This document shows positions 1 to 9,382 of a DNA stretch of 64,000 nucleotides, piece by piece; within the stretch, counting starts at the first letter, position 1, and each line of letters opens with the position of its first letter. Under the pieces are notes generated by a model. It was not told the origin of the DNA. It did not search any database and was given only the letters and a program-made list of their open reading frames with translations. This DNA comes from an uncultured bacterium (GTDB lineage: Bacteria > Actinomycetota > Acidimicrobiia > Spongiisociales > UBA5794): contig CAWDDT010000005.1 of the NCBI GenBank assembly GCA_963801165.1, forward strand, positions 480,001 to 544,000, given 5' to 3'. A program made the translations under genes and the position numbers.

Positions 1-1
1 G

Positions 2-775
2 ATCCTCACTGCGGCTACAAGCACCGCAGGACGTGCGTACTTCGGCGAGGGTCTCGTCACATATGTCAGATGGTTGCCGATCGAACTTGCCGGTCCGCTG
101 CTCGGCCCGGTAGTTGCGGTCGGCGCTCTGGCCACGATCGCGGCGCTCGTTGGTCGCAACAAGGGCGAGAGCCGGCGTCGGCGGACCATCCTCCTTCTGG
201 GCGGGATCGGAGCAGGTCATCTCGCGCTGACCGGGTTGTTCGTCCACGCCGAGCAACGGTATGTCTTCCTGTCAATAGCGTTGCTCGGGTTGGTTGGGGC
301 CCAAGCCATCCTCGACGGCGGGGCCCGGCTCGAGGCAACGATGCGGCGCACCACCGGAATCGCTGCCCTCGCCCTCCTTCTTCTGTTGACCGCCGTCGAT
401 GTGACCAGGGCGCATACGAACCTCCGAGATGTCGCGGCGGACCGGGTCGTGATCGAGGACGCCGGCGAGGCGATCGCTGAGGCCGCCGATGCCGATTGCC
501 TGGTCATGACTTCGTATCTGCCTCAGGTCACCTGGTATTCGAGTTGCGCCACGACGGCCTTTGACCTGGAGTCGGTGCCCCGGCCTCTCGTTGAAGGCCT
601 AGCGATCACCGATTTCCTGCTCTTCTTCGATAACGGGAAACGCCAGCCCGAGGGCCGGGTGCTCGAGGGGTACCTCAATGACATCCCCGAGCAATTAGTC
701 GTTACTATCGACGACGCTGGTGCAGTCGGTGATGCCCATATCCACCGCGTGGAAGGAAAGACGGGAGATGGCTGA
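2..775 (+). CDS. Polytopic membrane protein, probable GT-C-type glycosyltransferase (5'-truncated by window edge)
   Basis: Frame is open from base 2. Several hydrophobic helices, an EQRY motif and a soluble C-terminal domain; overlaps the start of the downstream GT2 gene. Confidence 0.55.
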   Translation: MLTAATSTAGRAYFGEGLVTYVRWLPIELAGPLLGPVVAVGALATIAALVGRNKGESRRRRTILLLGGIGAGHLALTGLFVHAEQRYVFLSIALLGLVGAQAILDGGARLEATMRRTTGIAALALLLLLTAVDVTRAHTNLRDVAADRVVIEDAGEAIAEAADADCLVMTSYLPQVTWYSSCATTAFDLESVPRPLVEGLAITDFLLFFDNGKRQPEGRVLEGYLNDIPEQLVVTIDDAGAVGDAHIHRVEGKTGDG

Positions 776-1517
776 CACTCCCGAAGTCAGCATCGTCATC
801 CCCGCTTACAACGAGGAAGTCAGGTTGGGCGACACTCTCGACGAGCTGGCCGCTCTCGCCGGAACCGAGCAGTGGGACCTGGAGGTCTTGGTGGTCGACG
901 ATGGCTCGACGGATCGCACCGCAGGGATCGCAGCCGAGCACCTCACAAGTTTCTCTGCCGGCCGTGTTGTCCCCACTAGCCGCAACCGGGGCAAAGGTCA
1001 TGCGGTACGGGTGGGCATGCTGGCCGCCCACGGGAGAAGGCGCTTGTTCATGGACGCAGATGGTTCGACCGCTCTCGATGAGATCCCGCGCTTTCTCGAG
1101 CGCTCCGCGCAGGTGGCGGGTGACCACGTCCTCATCGGCTCGATCGCTGTTCCCGGGGCGACCGTCGCACCGCAGCCCTGGTACCGCCAGACCGCCGGGA
1201 GGCTCGCCAACTGGCTCATCCGGCTGCTCGTGCTCCCCGGTATCAAGGACAGCCAGCGTGGCTTCAAGCTCTTCACGGCGCACGCCGCCGAGGAAGTCTT
1301 CGGCCGGTGTGAGATCGACGGTTGGCTGTTCGACGTCGAGGTGCTCACCCTCGCCCGCCGCCTCGACATCCCGGTTATCGAGATACCGGTGACCTGGGAA
1401 CACCGCGAGGCGAGCCGCGTCTCGCTGCGCTCCTATGGCCAGACACTGACCGATCTCGTGCGCATCCGGTGGCGGATCTCCCGCGGTCACTACGGCACCA
1501 GGCAACCGCGCCGCTGA
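768..1517 (+). CDS. Glycosyltransferase family 2, polyprenyl-phosphate glycosyltransferase (dolichyl-P-glucosyltransferase-like)
   Basis: VSIVIPAYNEE, VVDDGSTD, NRGKGHAV, FMDADGS, DSQRGFKLF and WLFDVEVL motifs. Confidence 0.9.
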   Translation: MADTPEVSIVIPAYNEEVRLGDTLDELAALAGTEQWDLEVLVVDDGSTDRTAGIAAEHLTSFSAGRVVPTSRNRGKGHAVRVGMLAAHGRRRLFMDADGSTALDEIPRFLERSAQVAGDHVLIGSIAVPGATVAPQPWYRQTAGRLANWLIRLLVLPGIKDSQRGFKLFTAHAAEEVFGRCEIDGWLFDVEVLTLARRLDIPVIEIPVTWEHREASRVSLRSYGQTLTDLVRIRWRISRGHYGTRQPRR

Positions 1518-1694
1518 GGGCCGAAGACGCGATGCGTCGTTTGGGCCTCTCGGGCCTCTATATCATCGGGATGTCTTCACTGAAGGCATGAGGGAGATCT
1601 GTACCGCCACGGGCATTGACAGCGCTGATCTCCCCGCATCGGATCGGCCGCGACATGGCGACCCGCACGCAATCGAGAGAAAGTCAACCGGGCC

Positions 1695-2558
1695 GTGACT
1701 CTGAAAGTAGCCCAGGGGCACCTCAACGACGTAATACGGTTCAGTGCTGTCGACGGACCTGGCAACCGCTTTGTCGTTCTCCTCCAGGGCTGCAACTTCA
1801 ACTGCATCGCGTGCCATAAGCCCCACGCAATCAACCAGTGCGACAGCTGTGGTCTATGTGTCGAACCCTGTCCCGAGATGGCCCTCTATTACGATGGTCA
1901 CCACCGCGTCGTGGTCGACAGCGACGAGTGCACCAACTGCGCCATCTGCCTCGACGTATGCCCAAGCGACAGCACCCCGCTGAGCCAGATGATCCGTCTT
2001 GACAGTCTCACACGACAGATTGCCGACGTGGCTCATTTTCTCTCCGGGGTCACCATCTCGGGTGGTGAGCCGACGCTCCAGGCCGATTTCGTTGCCAGCC
2101 TGTTCTGCGCCATCAAATGCGATGACAACCTGTCCCGCCTCACGACGTTCGTCGATTCGAACGGTCACGCCAGCCGGCAGGTCTGGGACCGTGTCCTCCC
2201 CGTCATGGATGGAGCCATGATCGACCTCAAGGCCCTCGACCAGGAAACGCATGTCGCCATGACCGGCCAGCCCAACACGCTGGTCCTCGACACGATCCGC
2301 TACCTCGCCGAATGGGACCGCCTCTACGAGGTCCGCCTGCTGATGGTCCCCGGTAAGAACGACGACCCGGCGACGGTCGAGAGGACCGCACGCTGGCTTC
2401 ACAACGTCGACCCCTCGTTGCGGATCAAGCTGATCGGATTCGACAACAAAGGGGTACGTAGTCAATTTGCCCACGTCCCGAGCGCCGACCCGGCCATGAT
2501 CGCTCTGCTCGCCGATATCATCCGCGGCGTAGGCTTCGAGGACCTTATTGTGGCCTGA
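1695..2558 (+). CDS. yjjW: Radical SAM glycyl-radical enzyme activase, YjjW family
   Basis: VDGPGNR, GCNFNCIACH (CxxxCxxC), inserted 2x[4Fe-4S] ferredoxin motifs, GVTISGGEPTLQ, FVDSNG, MIDLKA. Confidence 0.8.
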   Translation: MTLKVAQGHLNDVIRFSAVDGPGNRFVVLLQGCNFNCIACHKPHAINQCDSCGLCVEPCPEMALYYDGHHRVVVDSDECTNCAICLDVCPSDSTPLSQMIRLDSLTRQIADVAHFLSGVTISGGEPTLQADFVASLFCAIKCDDNLSRLTTFVDSNGHASRQVWDRVLPVMDGAMIDLKALDQETHVAMTGQPNTLVLDTIRYLAEWDRLYEVRLLMVPGKNDDPATVERTARWLHNVDPSLRIKLIGFDNKGVRSQFAHVPSADPAMIALLADIIRGVGFEDLIVA

Positions 2559-2610
2559 GCGGTCACCCCGAAGTCCTCAAGGAACCATCTGAAGGACCCG
2601 ATTTCATCAA

Positions 2611-3360
2611 GTGCAACGATTTACCGGCAGCGCATACCTAATCGACGATCCCGACAGTGTATTTACCGCCGAAGTCGATCTCGACTTGAACCGCATCACG
2701 GTCAAAGCCGACGGGACCGAGATCGGCTCGTGGAAGCAGGCCGACGTCACCGTTGCCAGGACGAAGGACCGGGTGCACCTCACTGCAGACGGGGACACAC
2801 TGGTACTCGATCTCGAGGCGCGGGACTTCTTCCTCGACATGTTCAACGTCGACGAAGCGCAGCCTACGAAGCGGCGCCGAAGGCGGGCCGCTGCGCCCGA
2901 TTATGAAGCCGAGGGTCGCAAGCCGTTCAGCCTGGCCGACGTCAAGACGCAGATGCTCGAGGACACAGCCGACCAGATCGACCAGCGTGTCGCGGGGCTG
3001 ATGGCCGCCGCAGCCGTGGCGGTCCTCCTCGGTGCTGCCCTCACCTGGGGGCCGTTCCGGTTGCTCGACCCGGGCAGCTTCCCCATCGGGCGGATCCTGG
3101 CCGCATTTGGCGGTCTTGGTGGTCTGGTCGGCGTCTACCTCGCCTACTTCGACCGGAGCCGGGTCACGGGTTCGGCGGCTGCCATCGCCGCTGGCCTTGT
3201 CACCTTCTGCATCTTGTACCTGTACGCCCGGGCCGCCCACTTGGGCATCGGTTTCGTGTTGGCACTGCTCGGATCGCAGGCTCTCATTGCCGCAGGCGTC
3301 GTCGGGATGCTACGTCGCTCGTCTTCCGACGACTCGTCCGCGGACGATCCGGAGGAGTGA
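2611..3360 (+). CDS. Hypothetical membrane protein (soluble N-terminal domain, about 4 C-terminal TM helices)
   Basis: Long ORF filling the gap between neighbours, with a hydrophobic C-terminal half. Confidence 0.7.
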   Translation: MQRFTGSAYLIDDPDSVFTAEVDLDLNRITVKADGTEIGSWKQADVTVARTKDRVHLTADGDTLVLDLEARDFFLDMFNVDEAQPTKRRRRRAAAPDYEAEGRKPFSLADVKTQMLEDTADQIDQRVAGLMAAAAVAVLLGAALTWGPFRLLDPGSFPIGRILAAFGGLGGLVGVYLAYFDRSRVTGSAAAIAAGLVTFCILYLYARAAHLGIGFVLALLGSQALIAAGVVGMLRRSSSDDSSADDPEE

Positions 3361-3364
3361 GTCC

Positions 3365-4765
3365 CTAGCCGCTCACACTTCGGAATCGAGCCCACCACTC
3401 ATCCAGAAGCCGATACGCTTCTTCGGGTTCGTAGGGGCCGTGCTCGAGCCGGTGTTCGAGAAGCATCCTCATCGCCCGCCCGACATCGGGCCCCGGTTGG
3501 ATGTCGAGGTGCGTCATCACGTCGTTGCCGTCGATCGGCGGCCGCATCGCGTCGAGCTCCTCCCGCTTGCGCAGCTCCGTGATCCTCTCCTCCATATCGT
3601 CGATACGTCGGGAGATCGCATTCGCCCGTCTCTTGTTGCCCGTAGTCACGTCACATCGGACCAGCTCGTTCAGCCTGGGGAGCAACGGGCCGGCGTCGCG
3701 CACGTAACGGCGCACCGCCGAATCTGTCCAGCCCAGCTTGTACGTGTGCGGGCGCATGTGCAAGAAGACGAGCTGTGACACGTCCTTGATGGTCTCGTTG
3801 GGAAACCGCAGCTCACGCATCCGCTGCCGCGCCATCCGTGCCCCCACCACCTCGTGATGATGAAAGGTGACGACCCCCTTTGACCCGTACTCCCTGGTCG
3901 CCGGCTTGCCGACGTCGTGAAAGAGAGCAGCCAGCCGGAGCGTCTCATCAGGCGACGCCTTGGCAACCACGGCAATCGTGTGCGCCAGCACGTCCTTGTG
4001 ATGATGAACGGGATCCTGCTCGAGCTCGAGGGCGATCAACTCGGGTAGGAACTCCTCGGCAAGCCGGGTGCGGACCAGACCCCAGAGCGCCTCCTCGACA
4101 AAGGTGCCTGTGATCAGCTTCGCCAGCTCGTCTCTGACACGCTCGCGCGAGACGATGGCGAGACGCTCCCGCATCCTGGACACCGCGTCTTCTGCATTCG
4201 GGTCGGCGGTGAAGCCGAACGTGGACACGAACCGGTACAGACGGAGCATGCGCAGCGGGTCGTCACCGAACGACACCTCCGGATCGATCGGCGTGCGCAG
4301 CAACTGTGTCGCCAGGTCGGCCAGACCCCCATACGGGTCGACCATCTCCGGGGCGTCGTCCCCGGTCAGCCGGATGGCCATCGTATTCACGGTGAAATCG
4401 CGCCGGGAGAGGTCGGCCTCGATGTTGTCGGAGAACTCCACGTGTGGCTTGCGGCTGTCCTCCCGATAGACGTCACTGCGGAAAGTCGTGACCTCGTACC
4501 GCTCCCCGCCTTTCGTCGCCCCGATGGTGCCAAAGGCCTCCCCCACCCGGAACACATTGTCGGCCCACCCGGCAAGAAGGTCGGCGGTATCGGCCGGCCG
4601 GGCGTCGGTGGCGAAGTCCAGGTCCTTGGTAGCAGCATCGAGAAAAGCGTCGCGAACGCTTCCCCCGACCAGATACAGCTCATGACCGGCTGCGGCGAAA
4701 CGCTCCCCCAGGCTACGAATCGCGGAGCCGTCTGCGAGCAGTGGATCGAGCCGTGCGGGGATCAT
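3365..4765 (-). CDS. cca: CCA tRNA nucleotidyltransferase with HD domain
   Basis: LYLVGGSVRD, DLDFAT, RRDFTVN, DDPLRMLR, HDVGKP. Start chosen at the ATGA overlap with the rnhA stop. Confidence 0.93.
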   Translation of the reverse strand: MIPARLDPLLADGSAIRSLGERFAAAGHELYLVGGSVRDAFLDAATKDLDFATDARPADTADLLAGWADNVFRVGEAFGTIGATKGGERYEVTTFRSDVYREDSRKPHVEFSDNIEADLSRRDFTVNTMAIRLTGDDAPEMVDPYGGLADLATQLLRTPIDPEVSFGDDPLRMLRLYRFVSTFGFTADPNAEDAVSRMRERLAIVSRERVRDELAKLITGTFVEEALWGLVRTRLAEEFLPELIALELEQDPVHHHKDVLAHTIAVVAKASPDETLRLAALFHDVGKPATREYGSKGVVTFHHHEVVGARMARQRMRELRFPNETIKDVSQLVFLHMRPHTYKLGWTDSAVRRYVRDAGPLLPRLNELVRCDVTTGNKRRANAISRRIDDMEERITELRKREELDAMRPPIDGNDVMTHLDIQPGPDVGRAMRMLLEHRLEHGPYEPEEAYRLLDEWWARFRSVSG

Positions 4766-5343
4766 GTCTCCCGCCATCTCGCCGCCAGCCTGTCGGCGTA
4801 CTCGTTCCATTTGAAACCGACGTGAGCCTTGATCCATTGCAGCTCGAGCTCTGGTCGCCTCCGGTATCCGTGATAGACCGGCTCGACCAGGTCGCGGTTC
4901 TCGACGGGCCCCGTTTTTCGCTTCCAGCCGCGCTTCTCCCAACCAGGTGCCCATTCGGTGATTGTGCGTACCGCCAGATTCGAGTCCGAGTACACGGTAA
5001 TGGCCGTGCCTTCCGGGACCACCTCGAGGGCGACCAGCAATGCCGTCAGCTCCATCCGGTTGTTGGTCGTATCGGGGTCATGACCAAACCGCTCGGCGAC
5101 GATCTCATCGTCGACGACGTAGACAACACCCCACCCCCCTGGTCCCGGGTTGGGAACCGAGCTGCCGTCGGTGAATACGCCCGTATGCGGGTCGGTGACC
5201 TGATCGGGCGGCTTGGCATTGCGAGCGGGTGCCCCGTGCCGGCAGTTGCGACATTGCCGGGGAACCCAACCTGGATACCGATCCAGGATGTGCTGCGGCA
5301 GCAAGAACGCGGCTCCGCAATCGCGACAGACAAACTCGGGCAT
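4762..5343 (-). CDS. rnhA: Ribonuclease HI with N-terminal zinc ribbon
   Basis: FTDGSSVPNPGPGGWG, TTNNRMEL, YSDS, WIKAHVGFKWNEYADRLA; N-terminal CRDC-x21-CRNC. Confidence 0.9.
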   Translation of the reverse strand: MPEFVCRDCGAAFLLPQHILDRYPGWVPRQCRNCRHGAPARNAKPPDQVTDPHTGVFTDGSSVPNPGPGGWGVVYVVDDEIVAERFGHDPDTTNNRMELTALLVALEVVPEGTAITVYSDSNLAVRTITEWAPGWEKRGWKRKTGPVENRDLVEPVYHGYRRRPELELQWIKAHVGFKWNEYADRLAARWRET

Positions 5344-5446
5344 GCCAGAAGCGTAATGCCTCCGCACCCTCGGGTAGCGGGTAGGGTTCGGGGCTCTGGA
5401 AAACCCTGCCTTGGCTTCCTGTGAGCCCCGGACCCGGACCCTCTCT

Positions 5447-6535
5447 TCAGGCTGTGCGCAAGCCCGACTTTTGGGCCGCCATCCTGAAATCTGAGGGATG
5501 AGAGGCATTGTTGAGTGCCTCTTCGAAGGTGATCGTGCCTTCGCGGAACATGGCGAGCAGACTCTGGTCGAACGTCTTCATCCCGTAGTAGGCCCCCTCC
5601 GCCATGACTTCCTCGAGACGACCGGTCCGATCCGGGTCCATGACATAGTCGAACGTGCGATCAGTGTGCGTCAGTACCTCGAACGCAGGTATCCGTCCCG
5701 ACCCGTCTGCCGCGGCGACCAGACGCTGACTCAGGATCATCTTGAGGTTGCGACCGAGCCGCAGCCTCATCTGGTGGTGACGGTGGGGCTCGAAGACCTC
5801 GACCAATCGAGTGACGGTCTCAGTCGCATCGTTGGTGTACATGGCGGCTAGGACCAGATGCCCGGTCTCGGCGGCATAGAAGGCTGCCTCGATCGTCTCG
5901 GCGTCCTGCAGCTCGCTGACCATGATCACGTTGGGATCCTGGCGCAGGATCCGCCTCAGCCCGTCGGGGAAGTTGGCGGCATCGACACCGATCTCACGCT
6001 GGCTGACGATGGCCATCTTGTCCCGATGAACTGTCTCGATGGGATCTTCCAGGGTGACGATGCTGACCCGTCGCGACGAGTTGATCTCATCGACCATTGC
6101 GTTCAGGCTCGTCGTCTTGCCGGAACCGGATGAGCCGGTGACCAGCACGAGACCGCGTTCCTGTTTACAGACCCGCCCCACAGGTTCGGGGAGACCGAGT
6201 TCGACAAACCCCTTGCTTCCCGACACAACGGCCCGCACCACGAGGGCAATGGAGCCGCGCTGCCTGTAGATGTTCATCCGGAACCGACCCAGACTGGCCG
6301 AACCGTGGCCGAAGTCGACCTCGCCGTCACGAGCGAAAGTCTCCCGCGCCTTGTCGTCCATCAGGGCCTGCGACCACTCCTCGGTATCCTCGGTCTTGAT
6401 CTTGGGCAGCTCGGAGAAATGGAGGTGCCCATCGATCCGATATGCCGGCGGCGATCCGACCTTCAGGTGCAGATCGGAGGCCCCGATCTCGGCGAGTTTC
6501 CCGAGAAGGGCGTCAAGTGTCGGCAATCGATCCAT
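5447..6535 (-). CDS. PilT/PilU-family type IV pilus ATPase (divergent)
   Basis: ASDLHLKVGSPP, RFRMNIYRQRG, Walker A GSSGSGKTT, TLEDPIE, QREIG, LRQDP, AETGHLV, GMKTFDQSL. Confidence 0.88.
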   Translation of the reverse strand: MDRLPTLDALLGKLAEIGASDLHLKVGSPPAYRIDGHLHFSELPKIKTEDTEEWSQALMDDKARETFARDGEVDFGHGSASLGRFRMNIYRQRGSIALVVRAVVSGSKGFVELGLPEPVGRVCKQERGLVLVTGSSGSGKTTSLNAMVDEINSSRRVSIVTLEDPIETVHRDKMAIVSQREIGVDAANFPDGLRRILRQDPNVIMVSELQDAETIEAAFYAAETGHLVLAAMYTNDATETVTRLVEVFEPHRHHQMRLRLGRNLKMILSQRLVAAADGSGRIPAFEVLTHTDRTFDYVMDPDRTGRLEEVMAEGAYYGMKTFDQSLLAMFREGTITFEEALNNASHPSDFRMAAQKSGLRTA

Positions 6536-6718
6536 ATCTCTATCCCTCAGCGACTATAGGTAGCGACCCCCGCCACCCTCCGTAGTATCAACAACCTATC
6601 GGTCGGACCGGGCGGGCACTTGAACGTTGGCTGTGATCCTCCTTTGCTGCGGCCGACATGCCTCCGAACGCGGTTAACTTGGTGGGTAGCACCGACTGGT
6701 TGCGAAGGATCGAGACCG

Positions 6719-7456
6719 ATGGCTCTAACCGATCAGCCGGCCACCGTTACCCAGCGGGGAACCTGGCCAGGACAGATCACGCTGCGGCGTGGATGGGCGC
6801 GCGCCGAGGCTCGCCCCTGGAACGACGACGAGCCTCAGGCCGCTCTCCGCATGCTGCGCGGTGGGTCTTCGTTTCTCGAGGCATGCTCGGGGCGTCTCCT
6901 CCAGCTCGGCGCCACCGGAGTGATCTCCCCACCGTTGCCGCTTTCGGCGCAACGGTCCTGGATCCAGGCAGGATTCGCGCCCTTCATCGAGCTCGCCTTG
7001 ATGCGCAAATCGCTCGACAAGCCCACGGGCTCCCCCGACCATCTCGTTGCGGAAAAACCGCAAGTCGATCTCGACGAGCTGCTCGAGATCGACGCCGGTG
7101 CGTTCTCGCCCTTCTGGCGTTTCAACCGCGGCGCCCTGGAAGAGGCCATCGGTGCCACCTCCCGGTCGACCACACTCACCATCGTGGACAGCTCGGGTAC
7201 CGCCATCGCATATGCGGTGGTCGGATTTGGCAGCGCCATTGCGTACCTGCAGCGCGTTGCCGTCCGCCCCAACTGGCAAGGTCAGGGGATGGGGCGCTCG
7301 TTGGTGAGGGTGGTCGCTCGCAAGGCTCGCACCGCAGGGGCGAAGGTGCTGCTCCTCAACACACAGACAGACAACGTCTCGGCGATCGGGCTGTACGAGG
7401 ACGAGGGTTTTGTCCGCTTGCCGGAACCTCTGTCGTTGTTGCGCGTCTCCGGCTGA
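6719..7456 (+). CDS. GNAT family N-acetyltransferase
   Basis: Acetyl-CoA motif VAVRPNWQGQGMGRSL and NVSAIGLYEDEGF. Confidence 0.85.
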   Translation: MALTDQPATVTQRGTWPGQITLRRGWARAEARPWNDDEPQAALRMLRGGSSFLEACSGRLLQLGATGVISPPLPLSAQRSWIQAGFAPFIELALMRKSLDKPTGSPDHLVAEKPQVDLDELLEIDAGAFSPFWRFNRGALEEAIGATSRSTTLTIVDSSGTAIAYAVVGFGSAIAYLQRVAVRPNWQGQGMGRSLVRVVARKARTAGAKVLLLNTQTDNVSAIGLYEDEGFVRLPEPLSLLRVSG

Positions 7457-7466
7457 TCGGACTGCG

Positions 7467-8768
7467 ATGGCACCGCAACTCCCCGACCGGTACCAAACCC
7501 AGGTCCGGTTGGGTCGTGACGGCGATATCGACGAGTGGCTCGCCACCGACACTGTGCTCGATCGACCGGTCCTGATCCGGGTGCTCGACTCCGACGCCAG
7601 CGGGGCCCGGATCAACGAGTTCGTCAGCGCCAACCGGGCTGCCGCAACCGTCGAGCACGTCCACCTGGCCGGGGTCTACGAGGTCGCCGAGTCACCGGCG
7701 GGCGGCGCCCACGCCGCCATCGAATGGAACGGGGGTGTTTCCATCGCCGATCGCCTGGCAGCAGGAGAGACCCTGCCGGTCGCCGAGTTCCTCCCAAATG
7801 CGGCCGGTCTCGCCGAGGGTCTTGCCGAACTGCACGCCGCCGGCGTCGTGCACGGGGCCATCGACCCTGCCGCGATCGTCTTCTCCGCGGCGCACCCGGC
7901 GAAACTCAGCTCCTACGGCAGACACAGGCTCTCGGCGCGTCCTCAGCACGACACAGCGGCATTGGCTCGGGCATTGCGGATTGCCGTGACCGGATCGGCT
8001 AGCCCCGAGATCAGGCCTTCGCATCTGGTCGAGGGATTACCCTCTTCGGTCGACGACGCCATTCGGCGCGCCGAGGCCGGCGAGTTCGATGCCCGCGCCC
8101 TCGGGGCGGCGCTGCGTGCCATCCCCTCCACGTTGCCAACGTCACGTCGTACCGGGTGGTCGTGGCGGTGGCTCATTCCGGCGACCATGCTTCTGATCTC
8201 GTCGGTGGTGATCGCCGGGATCGGGTTGGCGATCGATGTCGACCCGGATTCGCCGTTCCTGTTCCCCGCCACCCCCCCGATCGACCGCACCGTAACCACG
8301 ACAACCACCATCCCTGCGACGACCACGATCGCAGCGTCGACTCCGGGCACACTCGGCGCCGAGCCGTCTATCTACGACCCGTTCGGGGACCAGAGCGAGC
8401 GGGAGAGGGATCTGTCCAACCTGGTCGACGGGAACTTCGCCACCACCTGGAGAACCGAGCGTTACTTCGATCCCCTACCGCTCATCAAGGACGGCGTCGG
8501 CGTGATATTCCGGGTGAGCGGCGCCCCGGGATCGGTGGAGCTGCGGGCGAGTCCCAACACTTCATACGCCGTTCTGTGGGCCGATACCGTGCCTTCGTCG
8601 TTTGCAGGCTGGGAGGAGATCGGGTCAGGCACGGTCTTCGACGCCCCTGCCACCATGCAGCTGCCCAGCCGTGACGGCGGTGTCTGGCTGGTGTGGCTCA
8701 CCGATCTTCCCGAACAGGCAGCCGGCGAGTACTACTCCGAGCTCTCCGAGGTCGTGTTTCGCCCGTAG
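7467..8768 (+). CDS. Membrane-anchored Ser/Thr kinase-like pseudokinase with extracellular beta-sandwich domain (resembles the C-terminal part of mycobacterial MurJ/MviN)
   Basis: Kinase-like N-terminus (DRY...DTVLDRPV, LHAAGVVHG) lacking HRD and DFG; one TM helix; Thr-rich linker; DGNFATTWRTE domain; sits just before sigM. Confidence 0.75.
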   Translation: MAPQLPDRYQTQVRLGRDGDIDEWLATDTVLDRPVLIRVLDSDASGARINEFVSANRAAATVEHVHLAGVYEVAESPAGGAHAAIEWNGGVSIADRLAAGETLPVAEFLPNAAGLAEGLAELHAAGVVHGAIDPAAIVFSAAHPAKLSSYGRHRLSARPQHDTAALARALRIAVTGSASPEIRPSHLVEGLPSSVDDAIRRAEAGEFDARALGAALRAIPSTLPTSRRTGWSWRWLIPATMLLISSVVIAGIGLAIDVDPDSPFLFPATPPIDRTVTTTTTIPATTTIAASTPGTLGAEPSIYDPFGDQSERERDLSNLVDGNFATTWRTERYFDPLPLIKDGVGVIFRVSGAPGSVELRASPNTSYAVLWADTVPSSFAGWEEIGSGTVFDAPATMQLPSRDGGVWLVWLTDLPEQAAGEYYSELSEVVFRP

Positions 8769-8809
8769 CAGAAAATGACACGCTGCCGGATATGCGCCAG
8801 AATCCCACC

Positions 8810-9382
8810 ATGACCAGCAGGGCCGAAGCGGATATCGCACTGCTCGAGCGATTCCACGGGGGTGACGTCACCGCCTTCGACGAGTTGGTCCGCGCCCACG
8901 AGGACCGTGTCTTCGGCATCTGCCTGCGCATGATGCGCGACCGTGAGGCAGCCCTCGATGCTGTGCAAGAGACCTTTCTGACCGTGTTTCGCAAAGCGGA
9001 CCGCTACCAGGCCAGGGCGACGTTCAGCACCTGGCTCTACCGGGTGACGGTGAACACCTGCTACGACCTCCTGCGCAAGGCGAAGCGGAGACAAACCGAG
9101 CCGTTGCCGGAGAACACTCACCCCACCGACACCCACAGCGACGACGATCTCGGCGCGGCGGAGATGCGGCCAGACATCGAGGCCGCGCTCAACGACCTGC
9201 CCGTGGAATTCCGGTCCGCTGTCGTGCTTGTCGACCTCAACGGGCTCTCGCTGCAACAAGCCTCCGAGATCCTCGACGTCCCGGTGGGGACGATCAAATC
9301 ACGAGTATTCAGGGGAAGACGACAACTTGCGACAAGCCTCGGGAACCTCAGAGCAGGGTCCCGGCATCCAAGAGACGAATGA
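8810..9382 (+). CDS. sigM: ECF sigma factor, SigM-like
   Basis: Region 2 DAVQETF/FSTWLYRVTVN, region 4 VPVGTIKSRVFRGR; synteny with trxB/trxA. Confidence 0.85.
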   Translation: MTSRAEADIALLERFHGGDVTAFDELVRAHEDRVFGICLRMMRDREAALDAVQETFLTVFRKADRYQARATFSTWLYRVTVNTCYDLLRKAKRRQTEPLPENTHPTDTHSDDDLGAAEMRPDIEAALNDLPVEFRSAVVLVDLNGLSLQQASEILDVPVGTIKSRVFRGRRQLATSLGNLRAGSRHPRDE

